A stretch of DNA of 64,000 bases from Yuukianura sp. NJ FZ-2021. Taxonomy: Eukaryota. The stretch is from positions 8,990,001 to 9,054,000 of the forward strand of contig CM102290.1 of assembly GCA_046563655.1 (NCBI GenBank), written 5' to 3'. A program made the translations under genes and the position numbers. A model generated the notes under the pieces. The model had not been told where the DNA came from and searched no databases. It saw only the letters and a list, made by a program, of their open reading frames with translations. How positions within the stretch are numbered: the stretch's first letter is position 1; each line of letters begins with the position of its first letter. Below are positions 33,001-47,600 of this stretch, in pieces.

Positions 33001-36000
33001 CGGTGAAAGTGGAACTTTGTGTTTCCACTTTCCCAGTAGTTTCCCCTCGGACTTAAAAAAAAAACAATTTCTCTGTGTCAATTGGAGATTTGGGCTTGGC
33101 TCTAATATTTTAAGCACCTCCAACTGCCTTCCAAATCCCCAACCACCTGGAACCCCCGGGGAATTTAATTCCCATTCCCCCGAAAATCCTCCCGCCTTTT
33201 CTACTCTCCCGCACTTTTTTGAAAATAAAAAAAAATAATTCATGGTCCGCTTTTCCTATTTGCCTTCTTTTTATTTGGATCTTGTGAATGGGCGAACGAG
33301 ACTCGATAACAACATCATTTATGCATTAGGAATGAGGGAAGGGACGGGGAGGCCTTTTACCGAGGGCAAGCGGAACCAAGCCTAAGCTCCCTGTCACGTT
33401 CAACTACGAAAGTAGGCACAAAAATTCAGAGAAAGTGAGAGGCAAGGGACACGGACAGAGCAAATTGCATTGTTAGGAGCCCCTAATGTCACTTCGGCAA
33501 TGGACTCTGACACTCCAGAAACAAATTGCTCAGTCGTCGCCCTGGCCCTGCACCCTTCCGTTTCAACAAACTGAAACTGGCAGCCAAATCTGCCCTTACG
33601 ATTCTCGTTTCCTAGGAAACCCAGCGTTTTGAAAATCTCTCAGCAGCCCTTATACTCTCCCTTCAAGGGAATTTTTAATCTCATTGAAGGCTCAAATCTG
33701 CCCGAATTTAGGGAGCTCTCCTTCCTCTTTTTCTAATTATACTTCATATATAACCTCTGATGACACATTGCTTTTGTCGACGTGCCATACGACGCCTCGT
33801 TCGCCCTTAGCTTCCTCCGCTTTCAGTTCTTTCTTAAGACCTCTTTTGCCGTCTCTACCAAAAACCAAAAACCGGGAAACGGCCTACGTTTTCCTCCTCT
33901 CTTCCCTAATTCCGGATTCCGGGAAGGAGACTCCACGAGGCGTGTTACGGAGGGAGGCTATCAAAAATAATGAGAATATAATAGGGTTTCTAATTATGAT
34001 ACAGCGAGCGGAAGATGCCCAAGTATGGAGAGACATAAAATATTGCTCCTATCTGATTACCAACTCGGACGATGGAGTTGGAGCGGTTGTGCTGTGCGGA
34101 CATTGTACGCCTTCACTTCCAAGTCAACCGCCACCACCACAACTTCCCTCCATATTGCAATAATACACAAAACCAGCGGCAGACTTCAAAACCTCTTCAT
34201 TTCTCTAATGACGGTCATTGGCCCAAGACCTTGAGTCGGAGCCATGCTATTTGGCAGTATCTGCTCAAACCACTTCACTCTCCGGCAGCACGTCCACCAA
34301 ACAGGCTCATCCCACTTCTGTGACTCTACTCATCTCTGCCGCTGCCAAAACATTGGACAGAGACGCTTGATGGTTGGAGAGAGAAAGTAGAAACTGTGGA
34401 TTGTGGTATTGAGACTATGGTTGGAGAGCACTGTGGTGCCTTAAGACCTGGCACCTTTACTTCGTTCGAATGCCAGTCCACTAGATCTCCTGCAGAGATC
34501 AGAGCTGGTGGGGGATTGTAAATCTGAGGGAAAGTGTTCAGAGAGTTCGTGCTTTCACCGCCGATGAGATTCGGTGAAGGATGATTGGTTTGTAAATGAA
34601 GTTGTCAGAACAAGAAGTTCTTCCAAGTATTGGCATAGACTACTACTACAAGTGCTAAGCAAAAACTTAGTTGAAGGGCTTTCTGTCCCCACCCAAGCAG
34701 TCCCACCCCCTCCCGTCGGTTCCTCTCCTGTCATAAGCAGCTGGGCCTCTCTGATTTATTAGGTGCCAGAGGAATGAAGCTCTTACTTTGAAGCTAATTG
34801 AAATCGGCCCACCCACTACGTTTAGACTTTCTCCCAAAATAAAAACACAAAAACTTTTAGTCCCCAGAAAAAAGTCTAAAAAAGACCTTCAAAAGGCTCA
34901 TGAAAGCATGGCCATTGAAAAAGTTAGGAAAGGAAGAAAAGAAACGAAGACTTTACTTTCTCTAAGCTGAAACATTTTCCTAAAGAACTAAAACATTAAA
35001 AGGAACTTATAAAAAGAGAGGACAAAAAAGTAAAATCAAGAAAAATACACCTCCGCTTACCTAACGAAGTATGAAAACCATACTCGCAAAAATAGAAATC
35101 GAGTTGTACAGCACAGTAGAAGTTGGATAAGTTCTTTCTACGGAATTGCACAGAGTGAAGTGGTTCGTATTAAAAAGCAAAAAAAAAGTAACTTCGACCT
35201 TTCACCCAAAGTAAGTCCACAAGACGTATAAAATATTTCGTTTGTCTCCATTGAAAAGGTTTTTGGGAAACAACAAAGTCACAAAAAACAGCACTTTTTT
35301 CGAGTCTCTAAAATTTTAGGTCCAGTATGACGCTGCAACAGCAGATACACAATTGGTGAAATAGTTGCTTAAAAAATTTCGCTACACATTTATTGACAAA
35401 CCTTTCTAATAGACGGTTTCCCGTCTAATAAAACATATATTATTAAAAGATGTTATTTCTTGAGGGGTACTTCAGTGGACTTATTTTCAAAAAGAAAATG
35501 AAAAAAAACTTCCCTTTCGCCAGTCTGTTTGTTTTGAAGGAAGAAAGTGAAAGAGTGAAATTTAGGTAGACCTCATTGTGGCTTAATGTCTAAAACAGTT
35601 CCTGCATGCCTTGATGGCCAAAACCCAAAGTAAACCACCATGATATGCCCCCCAAGGCATCCAACATCATCAAAAAACTTTCTCCCTCAGCGCCAAAGTC
35701 AATCTCTATTGATGAGATGTTGGGGAAAGTTGAAGAGTAAAAATAAATCAAAAAGTCCCAACTTTTCATTACGCACATTTATATTGAGAAACAGGCGAGT
35801 TTTAGGACTTTGGTAGAGCTAACTCTGCATATTCTGCATAAAAACCCCATCTCGTTTCAACTTCCGACTGGCATGTTAGCCTAAAAAAGTGAAAGTTGGA
35901 AAAGGCTTCGTCTTCTTAGTCAACCAAAAGTTAAATCCTAAAGGTAATAATGTGGAAAATGAAAAATAATTTTTCAACTGACATGCTTCCTATTATGTGT

Positions 36001-39000
36001 CCCAAGGAAAGCAATCCATAAGGATGTCTTCTAAAGTTAAATTGCATCCTCCAGTCCCACTGCCCCTGTAAACCCCCTGCTCCTTTCATGTCTCCCCACC
36101 CACCGCCCTGTACAATTCTCAAAACGGATTCCAACGACGACTTACAGCACTGGAATAAAATTCCATTCTGTTTTGAAGTTAAGTTCCCAACCTAATTTCT
36201 CTCCTTTCTCTTGTTCCTCTTTTATTCCAATAATAATTATTCTTCCCCTTCCAGGGATTAACTTTCCAATTCAGGACGTCAGCAACAGTCACTTAACTTT
36301 AAATCTTCTACTCCAATCCCACCACGCTCCTAGTCCTAATTTAACAGAACCAGAGACACAATTTACATGGCACTCAATCCTTCTTCCACCAGCACTCACG
36401 CTCTAACAGCCTCCTCTCCCACAAGAACAACACGCAGGCACATTCTTCCAAAAATGTTAAACCTAATTTTAAAAAAACGGTTACAAAAAAAACCGAAGAA
36501 GCGAAGCGAAAGATTTTGGCTTTTCTCCTGAACAGAATTTCATTCATTTAGCAAGCGAATAATCGTCTTATAAGAGAAAGGATTAAGTGAAAACTTTTTT
36601 CCTATAACTTTCAAACTCTTTTCCAAAAGCAGAGGGGGAAAACGAGGGTTGAGGAGACGGCGGGAAAGAACGTTTTGGTGCCAAGACTCCAACGAACTAT
36701 AGTTGATGTAGGGAAAGGCTTTGGTTCCAAAAAGTTTTTAAGACGAAGGGTACCAGGAAATAGTAGCTACTCTCCGACATTGGAGTATTAGTAAAAAGGA
36801 AGTGTTGGGATTTGAGGATGTAGTAGGAAGTAACCTCCATGCTTAGAACATAACCCAAGTCAGTGTAGTGAACTAGTCGACATAATCATAAAACGGAAGG
36901 GAAACTATTATAACTCCTTGTACTTACACTCATCATCAACCCCAGTTACTAACTTTCCGATTACAGAAGACATTGTAAAATACAAACTAAAAACCTCAGC
37001 CTTTTCTCCACTCCCTCCAATGAGGCCTCCTTTAAGTTTTGTGTGAGGACCCATGAGAGGGAGTGGAGAAAAGAATGAGGTTTTTAGTTTGTATTTTACA
37101 ATGTCTACTGTATCGTAAACATGGAGAAGAGAAAGGAGATTTAATGAGTCACCACCCACAGAAAAACAAGGGGAAAGGACTTAACCGTGGAAAAAAGTGT
37201 AGGGAGACGCAGAGAGCTTGATAATGATGAAAATGGAAACACTTTCACCCAAACTGTCCCGTTTTCCGTCTCTTTTTCCCCCGCCAAATGGAGTTTTCCC
37301 TCTAACACTGTTGGTAAAGCCTTAAGACACCCTTAGGACTTGGGCCTCTGAAACACTTGAGAAGTGAGAATGGACCTACCACTTTCTTATCCAATAACAA
37401 TTCAAAATTCAATTGGGAAGAAGAGCAGTGGGAGAGGGAGAGGGCGAGGTTATCATATCACTTCTTTCTCACTAACTCAAACGCACTTTCTTTTTTCACA
37501 GAACAAAAAAAAGTTACTTTCCCCTATCACTTTCCCACTCTTAATCAAAGTCTTCTCACAGCTTCTCTTTTGAAATCAACTTTGTTCTCACCATAACCAA
37601 GGTAATAATAATTGACATCATTATCAGATCCTCACAGATTCCAATTTCAACTTCTTCCCTTCATTCCAGATTGTTCACACATTGTTCTAATTGTATCCTG
37701 GGAACTCCTCAACCTCTGGGAACCTGTCCGTGCTCACTCCCAATTACTGAACTGACACTCTTCGACTACAGGAGCGAGAAAATGATGTTCCGATTGGATT
37801 AGTCTCTCCCGTCATTTCTCTTCTTTTCACGCAACGACTGCTGATCATTACAGAAAAAATTAAATCTCAAAAGTTAGTTTCATAGAAAAAAGAAAGAAAG
37901 CCAGTAGAGGCACTACTATATGTCCTAGTACAGACAGTATTCGTGTTAAACTGTCTAGTTCTTTGCTCGCCTCTGCTTTTAAAGTGATACTTTTTTAAGT
38001 TCCCAGCATATACCCGTGAGTCCTTGATAGAATTTGGTTTTGTTTTCTAAAAAAAGTGTTTTGTTGGGCACTCAGACTTTCTCTTCACGTTTCCCTCCAG
38101 AGAAAAGAGATTGGAAGGAGTTTCTGCGTTAAGGAAATAAAAGAATAGAAGTGAATGGGTTGAGCAGATGCATTTACCCAGCCTTAACCTTAGGCCCGGA
38201 ATAATTTAAGTAGGGAAGTAGTCAGAGAATTATAACCGTTCAAACTACCTGTACACAAGTCCTTTTAAGAACCCAGCACAACTTCTACTGTACCCGGGTA
38301 AAAAAACGAGGAAGAAAGAGAACATTAGCCACCGTCTGTAGGGAAAGTTATTACGAGCACATGTGGGGAAGAAGGTAAGCGTGAAATTTTAAGGAGAGAA
38401 ATCCACTAAGGCACTTATCTCCCTATGCAATAAAAATAATGGAGAATGGAACGGAATAGAAAAAAACTATAGGAAGCGCTCACGAAGAAAAGAAGAGCGG
38501 GAAAAACATGAAATCCAACCTTGTGCAATGGACTCTCAATTCAGGACGAAACACTTTCCCTTTTTATTCTTTTTAGCCCTCGATCCCTTGAAAGCAAAAC
38601 GTATCTTGCATTTTCCATTCTTCCTTTCATGATTCCCACTCCGCTTTCCGTTCCTTTTACCTTGATACAAGACAAAGAGATAGAAATAAACGACCTCCTA
38701 AAATCAAAACTAGTAAGTGTATCAGTGAGAGTCAGACAGAAATAACAAATGGAACTTCTGAACTCTTCCTAAACCCCGTCTTTCAATTCCCAATGGAACA
38801 GAATAAACAAGTTCCAAAACGCCACAAAAGTGTCGAATTATTACCAAATCTTCCCTATTTCACTTATTAATGACCATGTCAAGTTTCACCGGTTCCCGAG
38901 AGACTTTAAAACACAAAGGTTTACTTGTACTAGAGACTTTAATTGAACTCTTGCCAGTTTCCTCTCATGTTACTTTAAAAACTAACAATAATTCTGATTC

Positions 39001-41601
39001 GAAATTTTTATGACTAAAAGAAAAGAAAAGTGAAAGCTCAGAACTGTGCTATTTTTCCTGCCTGGACAAAATGACTTGTTGTCAAAGTATAAGTGTAGGA
39101 GGCAGAAAAAGCGGGGAAAAGGACGATAGACCTTTAAGTGAAGTGTTCTCAAGAACTTGAAGGATCAATTGAGATTTAACAAGTTGACTGACTCCATTAC
39201 CTGGAACTACTATGATACTTTCTTTTTTAAACTAAATATATATTTATAGCAAAAAGAAAGTTGAGCCGATAAAAAACTTTCATCCTGCTTTCTCCTTGAG
39301 CAGCAGCTACGCCAAGAGGAAAACGTGCCTAAGCATTCATGCTCAAACTTTCAGTGGATTTCCAGCAGTTTTTTCTCTTGGAAGACTGAAACCTGTGAAA
39401 CTCATTGGCCCAATATCAGGCAGCATCCCTTCGTTATGCTTTACACCTTGTCCAAAAAAATCCTTTTTCCTCCATATTCGGCACAAATGCCTACGGAGAA
39501 AGGTAGGTCGAAAGTGTGCTGAATCAATACCTTCACTTTCCACTTACCACGACTTTCCCCAAAATTCGCTCTTGGTCCTAAACAGTTTTCCCCCCAAAAT
39601 ATGAAAAGTTCCCACTTGTAACAATGGACCACCTTGTTATCCTTTCACAAAATGACAGCAACAAAAGGACTTCTCATAGAAAAGAGAGTCTCTCTCAAGC
39701 GGTGGCAGTGCTCGACATAGGAAAATCAGACCGTTCTCCAACAAGAAACTGCACACAAGAAAACCTTTTCTTGATTTTGATTAGAACTGACAAAATGACA
39801 ATAGTAAGAAAGAACCGCCAGCATTCGCTACCTTATCTCCACTTCTCATTCAAGTTCTCCACCTCCACTTTCACCAGCATAGGCTCCCCTACCCCTCTGG
39901 CTCTTTTGTTACTCCACTCGCCAACTCTCATTCCCCGCCACACACAAGAAAGGAACAACTTTTCATTCACTGCTTTCCCTCATAATTGTTTCAAATGATT
40001 TACAACGGCTGGAACTTCCACCATGTAATTCAATTCAATTAACGAAAGAGACAAATTAGAAAGGAGCTCCCAAGGTACCAAGATAAGAACACACTTTCCA
40101 CAATGGCACATCATAACAAGAAACTCATTCAAAGGAACAGCTTTCAAATTCAAACGAATCACACACCTTCATGTTTTTGTAATTAGAGTAAAAAATTCAA
40201 CATCAAAGTGTTCAACATAGTAGTACTCAGTACTTGGCGTCTTTCGAACTGAAACCTGAAATATGCAATTTCGCTTTATGAATTTCTTGATTTTGAAAAT
40301 CTCTAACTCTTATTCTCCATATTCATCCAAAAATAACGCTTCTAAAATCATTCACTCACCTTCCTATTTTTATGTGTAAGTTACTTTCACTTCTTAAGAA
40401 TGAGTCAAGGTTCAATAAAGCACCGTTTTCTCTTAAGAAAACACTTGAATAACTTCATAAAAAAAACTTCATAAAATAGCAAAACGCCTGCCTTAAGTAC
40501 TTGTGTTATATGTTTTGGATTGTTGGTTCATTTGTGCAGTGTAGGATTTGTTCGTTGATAGTATTGACTGATAGTTATGGACTATGGGCAGCGGCTGACT
40601 CGTCCCCTGTCAACAAGGAACAACTCACGTCCAGTTTTGCCCTCCATTCTGTGCTGTCCTTGGAGAAAGTTCTCCATGGCTCAGTTGGTTTCTTTTCATC
40701 GAAACCGTTAGTGGAATGTAGAGAGGAAGACATGGAGGCTTGGGCCACGCTCTTAACTCACGACCCAATGGAACTTCCTCCCCTTTACTATCCATGTCCA
40801 AAAAATACTTTTACTTCCATCCGCTCCCAATAATTGCACCACATCCCACTAATGCCACCGACGTACAACCCATCGATAAAAGATGAAGGGAAAGCAGACG
40901 GAGGTTTGATTTGGGAAAGCGAGTGGAGATTAAAGAGAAAGAGTTTAACGTCTCTGGACACCACTCGGATCCGACTCGTTGAGGCCACTTAATGTAGGGA
41001 ATAAATAATTTGGAAGGCTTTGAATTCCAAATGGACAGATTCTACAGGAGCAGAGGGAGGAGAGCAGACTCTCTACTGTCACTCCAATGCTCCCGTCGAA
41101 TCACTAGACCAAAGGGAAGCAGTGAATGCGATTACTGGAGATAAAGCTAACCGCGGTGGGTCATCTGGCCTCTCCTTTTAATCTTGTACCGCTGTTCCAA
41201 AGCCTCCTGGAGGATGAGTAGAGAAATGGCATGATTATAATGACTATTTCCCTTTCCCCGTAGAACTTTCACCCCAGCGCAAGCGTTTCCCTCCAACCAC
41301 TTCCCTCGCCAGAACATCCGAACAAAGAGGAAAGGAAAGCGACGAGACCTCTCAGTTTGCCACTGGCATTCTTCCCGAAACCATTCCAGCTCCACTTACA
41401 CCCACCGATTTACCTGCACGCATTTACCAAACGCTTCCTTCGGGCCACAGCACAAGTGATTACACAAAATCCCACAACTGACACCTTAGGCTTGAAATGA
41501 AGACCTTGTTGTCTGGAAACTTGGTGAAGTGTTTGAACAAGTTGTTCCTGGAGTCCAGTGACTGTTGGACTAATGAGGTGGACCAAGTCGACAAGGACGA
41601 A

Positions 41602-44600
41602 ATGAAGAGTCGTGGTGGTTGTCTCGTCAATGGAAAAAACCACGGGAGGCATGGAACATGGTCCACTCGTCCCAAACGTCGTCACCCGTCGTTTCGGCGG
41701 GAAGTGAAAGTGGATCCAAAGGAGACGAAACGGAAAGATAGTGACTCTGGTGGAAAACAATGGAAAGTGGCTGGGATCTATGGGCTAGTTGCTCTCCTCA
41801 GTTCCGTCTGCTACCTCAACTCTCTCCACGGAGATTTTGTGCATGATGATTTAAGTGCTATTAAGGGTAATGAGGATGTCAGTGGACAGACGGCCATCGG
41901 AGAGATCTTCCTCAACGACTTCTGGGGCAAACCCATGGCAGATCCCACGAGCCATAAATCTTATCGGCCACTCACGATCCTCACATTTAGGTAAGTACAG
42001 CTCTATCTCCTACTACTTGCCTAACCATTACTTTACCCGAGAAAGTTACATCAACCCTTCCCAAACAACTAGTCTATACACACAACAACAAGAACCCACT
42101 GCTCGTGGACATAATTCTGTTGGTCCAAATACACCCAAGGGACAGCCCAACCATTGTCTTTTTCCAGCACATCCACAATTCAAAAATACTTTTAATTCAA
42201 GTCCGCCTCCCGTTTTTCTCTTTTCTCTGGCCAGTCCATTCTCCTTCTGACACATTCTCCTACCTCCTTTCTCCTATGTGTACCCGCCTCCTGCTCCCGC
42301 CAATATAACAATAGTTCCAAAAATCCAAAAAACGAACTTCGGACCAAACTCATACTGGAATCCGAATTCTCATTTCGTGTCAAACCACACCAACTTTCAC
42401 CTAAAACAGACATATTTCCTCTCCCATTTTGAGAAAAAGAGAGAAATCGACAGTTTTGGTCTCATGGGAATCCTTCCACCTGTCCCTCATACAGCCATGC
42501 AATCTCTCCCACTGGAAACTCCTGGACTAAGGCATCCAAATCCAAACATGCCCTTAGACTAGCCGTTCATCTCTTTCCCCTCTCTCTTTCACTCATAATT
42601 ATTTCTCTGTCTCTGGAAATTCGAGGGGAGGGGCGGCCTCAAGTTGAAAGTGAAATAGAAAGTCCCTGGAAGGCAAACATTTACATTGGATTGAGGAGTT
42701 GATGAGTTATGGCTCGATGGATCCAGAGACCCACAATATGATCGCCACAAAGCAGAACTTCCTTCCTCAGCATTGTCTACCTGTAGAATTAGGACAGAGG
42801 CCCTTCTCCCGCAAGCTATTAATTAAAACATGTCATCCACTCTCCGCTCTCTCGGATAGACAAACATCGTGATGAAAGCTTCAATTCACACTTCCACTGC
42901 CGCTGGCTAGTCCGCACTTTAGGGATAACCACTTCCTTCCACTTCCAACAGCCCCTCGTTAAGGACTCATTTGCCCAAGAATAACAACCGCACTGTTTAT
43001 ACTCCAACTTGTTAGGGACTGAGAGCCCTGAATTAAAATGATAAGTTAATGATGGGAGCACGGACTTAAGTCTCCTCCTCCTCTTTCAACAACAAAGTTT
43101 CCACAACTTTGGAGGAGCCAACATTCAAAAGAAAATTCAAAAGAGGGATCCGCCGTTCAAATTTAAATTTCAGCCCGTGGCTTTTCCCTCAGCTCAGCCA
43201 CTCGTCATGTTTCAGTTGAAAAGGCGCTTCCCGCCAACAGACTTGTTTAGATTTCCAAGTTGAATACAAATGTTAAGTTTGAAATTGGAAACTAATTACA
43301 TCTCTCAATCTCTTCGCATACCCTTTTCTCCATTATGTAGCTAGCAGAGGAACAATGGGCAGCACCCTCCATTATCCCACTTGGGAATCCTCCTCCCCTC
43401 CATGTACTTGGCTCAATTCGTCTTTCACAGTAGGGATTCAGTGACAGTTGAAAGAACTGACTACAATTAGGAAGGGACCATAGGACACTACCTGAATTCC
43501 AAATGGAGAAAGCTGACATGGAGGCTGAATCCACTCTCCAGAGACAGCTTTCCCTCTAGATTCTACAAGTTTTCTTCTAATGAAAGCATACACAGGCTCA
43601 AATGGAGAAACAATAATTATAGACAACTAGAGTTCATTAAGGCCGCTCGTCGATCCATGTCGTAGTCGCCTTCCACTTTCTCCATTCACTTTCTCTCTCT
43701 TCAACAAGAAGAGCTCTTATGCCTGCGAACGACGAAGCAAACCGTCGGAACGAGGAGTTTAGTTCCAACAACTAGGACCCGATGACTGAATCCAACCGTA
43801 GTGACTAATGCCTGTGGTGAGGACTTCTCCGTCACGCTTCCACGGTTCTAAGTTGAAGCAGCAGCAGAACTCCCGCCACTCAACTATAGCTATCCCCACC
43901 AGTACAACCAACGCTCATCAGAAAAGGAAATCCACGCCATTTCAAAGCGACCTAAAATCCGGTTCTCATTTCCTCATCTGCAAACTTGGGAGAAAGTTCG
44001 ATTGACTCTGTGCCATCTGAGGCCGAAGCCACGGAGCTTTCCACTTATTACGGCAAATGAAGATTTCGGAAGTAACAAGTCTAGCCACCACACCGTCTCC
44101 TTAATTAGACCACTTTGAATCCTTCCGCCGTAATCCACAAATAATGACAAAGGAAATGAGGGGAAAACAAAAAAAAAGTTACAACTTAGGAGGAGAATTG
44201 CAGAAAAAGTAGCCGGATTTCCTACAGGGTTATTAAAATTTTGATGAGGGAGACGGAAATTGAAAAGGCGGGAGTATTTGCAGGAGTTGGTTCTAGAGTG
44301 ACAAGTATTAGGGGAGGAGGGGGAGCTAGTAGTCGTCGTTCTAGGCATCTGGATCCTTGAGTCATATGTGTGAGTCCTTCCAGGCAACTGTCACCCTGTC
44401 AAATGATTTTCAGTGTCAACTGACGACGAGAGTACTCTCGGCAGCAGCTTCGGAGTTTCTCTTTTGGACTGGGATGAGCCTCACCACAAATCAAAATCTC
44501 TGAATCCCAATTCCATCTCAAGTTGGAAGATGTTTTCGAGGAAGAGTGTGAATTGTTAGCTCAAGTTCGGCAATTACGGATGAAAGGAGAGAGAATGTTT

Positions 44601-47600
44601 GGAGGCTGTTTGGAAGTTATCAACCATCAATAACCAAGGGGGATTCCAGGACAAGTCAAATAAGAATACTTTTGACTTTCTCCCAAACTTTCCTCCTTAT
44701 TCCTTAGGAAAGAGGGTGAGTAACAAAGTTTTTAGAGGCTACGGCCAGCCCAACGTCTTTTCTCTCTCTCTGCCGCCGTCGACTGACTATCCAAGGAATT
44801 AGCATAAAATGAAAGTTCCCAACTGGGAAAGTTCCATCAGAGCAAGAGAGTCACAATTTACAAGACTAAATTATGTCCTCAGAAATTGCCCATTAACCAA
44901 TCTGTCATCTTCCCCCGACAATTTAAAATACATTCCTTTGCCCAACTTTCTCTTCTTCCAAGTGTCACTCTCAACTCACTTTAACTTCACTTTACTCCAG
45001 AGTTCAATAGAATAAAACTTGTAAGAGTCTTAAACTAAAAAGTTAATTCCGCAAGTGTCGCACAGATCAAATCTAAATCTCTCTTGGAACTTTAAAATTT
45101 TAAGAAAATGTGAAGAATGTCAAAGTCTCAATAAGGTTACGCCTCTCACAAGCTATTAAACAGACAGTTCTAAAGGTGAGTATAACATAAAGGCATAAGA
45201 TTGAAAGCCAAAATAATTAAAAACCTTGGTGGATATTTCATAAAATTTATACCAACTGAAGTCGCATTACTGTCAATTTAGTCCGTTTTTATTAAAGATT
45301 ATGATCATCCACACCAAGCAATTTTAATCAATTAGAATCCTAGTACAGATTTATAATCAGTATAATCATAATCCAAGGACCCAGGAGACTCATCAAGTAA
45401 GTGGATCCTCTTCTAAAATGCGTTGGGGAAATGAGGCTTGTGTATTCCAGATGTCATGGAATAGGCCACTTAATAGGACAATTACCTAAATAATCCCTCT
45501 CCCTAAATCTAATTAACCTCCAAGAGACCAGGAGAGGCACAGACATCGCAAATCGTCAGGGAGTGCTTAGGGAGACAAAAAACAGAGTCTGACCAAGCCG
45601 GAACTATGGACCGAGTAGAGGGGGAAATGGACTCAAGTTGGCCTACACTACCCATGAATCACTCTTCCTTCCTTCCAACAACATCACAACATACGAAATT
45701 GTAGCAGTAAACAGTAGAGGAAGTAAATAGAGGCTGGGCATGAAGGCGGGAAGTACGGAACCAGCACTACAAAAAAAAACACTCCAAAAAATAAAAGTAC
45801 TACAAAGTTTCCTTTCTCTGGAAGAGAAAGCAGAGAGATAGAAGATTCGTAGTGCATTCCTCTGTCTCCCCATGCATACAAGTCACCTTTTGAAGAAGGA
45901 CAGCAGGGAAAGTCGAGTCCAGCGTCCATCCTTCTCTCGTTTACCTAAACTCCTGCTTACTTCTTTCTGTCCCTGTCCAAGGGAAAGTTGTGTGCTGTGA
46001 TCGATGAGGCCGGGCAAAGGCCTTTTCCAATCTCCTCGACATGACCATCTCCGTTCCGATGCTCCTGCTGTGCCTATACTCCTAGGTTACACCAACCCCA
46101 TATGGACACCATCACTTTTCTCTCTTATTATTAGCCAATCTCCAATATTCCGAACCACCAACAATTCTTCGACCAACTCCATCTTCACAAATTGGAATCT
46201 TGAGACTCTGGATACGAAAGTTGGGGAGTCCTATGACCCATTGTCTCGCCAAAACCTTCTGGACAGACACATGCTGACCACAACTGCTCCTCTGACTTCC
46301 TGCCTCTCCCTGTTCAAATCTTAAAGAGCACTTCCGCTGCGGTCAAAGTTTCACTTACGGACTTGGGGCAAGAGTGATAAGGAACATGAATGCCTCCGGA
46401 GAAAGTCGCTCGGGAATGAACTGAAGACAGCTTTTGACAAGAGAGCAAGATTATGTCGTAATGTGTCAGAGGCCTTATGAAAAATTGCAGCCCTGTTTTA
46501 ACTGGGCTTCCACTCCTGCCACGGCCCCCGGTAGGCTTCTCGTAAAGCAAAATATAAAGGATTGTATCCTGTGTAGTAACTGAAATGGTTAAGAATACAT
46601 GGACTAGGGTCTACCATCATAAAAGGCACAAGCACCACCCGTAGTAAGCAGACGGAAGGAAGGGGGAAAGAAGAGAAAGGCGTGGAGGAGAAAGCGGCAG
46701 AATGGTTTTCCTGTTTCGACCTTCTTTTCTAACAACGGACTCTTCGTAAAACTAAAAAAAATAGAAAAGAAAGCACACTTTTTTCCCCACTACTTTTTTC
46801 TTGGCTCCAAACTTTTAGTGTACTAACTCGTTTCTCTCATCTTCTCCCAATATCAAAATCCAGGCACACTTTCCTAACACTTCTCTTTAAAAATGTAAAA
46901 TTCATATAATAAATGTGTCCTACCTCGGAATTGAGCAGAGGAAAGAATCCGGAATTATTTAAATGAATAGATCTTGAGGCAAAAGCGGGAAGCACTCCTC
47001 TGTTCTGATTTGAACTAAGCTCAGCCAGGATTCAATACAAACTAAACCGTATGCATACTTTCGTTGGCCAAAACTTTCTTCCAAAACTTTTTTTCAGCCA
47101 AACAGTTGAAGAGAAAATTTTAAGGTTTTACTAGTAGGCTACACATGCCTGCCAGGGCTTCGCCCAGGCCAGTTCAATCGTCCTAATTGTTTCTACAAGT
47201 CTAGTCCCAGTTTTTTCAAAACTCAAGTAAGAAGCTCCATAGTACGAATTTCAAAATGGCCACTATTTCTAGAATTCCTATGAAGTTGAGTTGTCAGTTT
47301 ATCGAACGCCTCTTCCTAACTCTATTGGGACTCTAATCTAATGAGTATGTAATGTCTTTTCACAAAATAACGTCATCTTTCATGAAAAAATTTCCATTAC
47401 ATATTAAGCAGTTAAGTGTCAAATTAGCTCACTAGCTTCAAGAACCAAACTTGATCAACAATTTCCTTTCCTCTACACCTTGCCCCGAAAACACGATTTA
47501 AAAAAAATTTCCTTTGCCACACACTATTGACACCAGAAAATTCGATTCGTTCCAAAAGTTGGGTTTCAGCTCAATTTTTAAAAATTCAAATACCCTTGAA

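Noticed and set aside
35410..35428. Small hairpin TAGACGG-TTTC-CCGTCTA (and a similar one at ~63234-63253)
   Set aside because: Seven-bp stems occur by chance in 64 kb; no associated element ends or ncRNA context.
27500..41400. Many 60-160 aa ORFs (e.g. 30449-30865, 33684-34163, 39624-39998)
   Set aside because: Low-complexity Ser/Leu/Pro/Phe composition that reflects nucleotide bias; no domains and no consistent splice chain.
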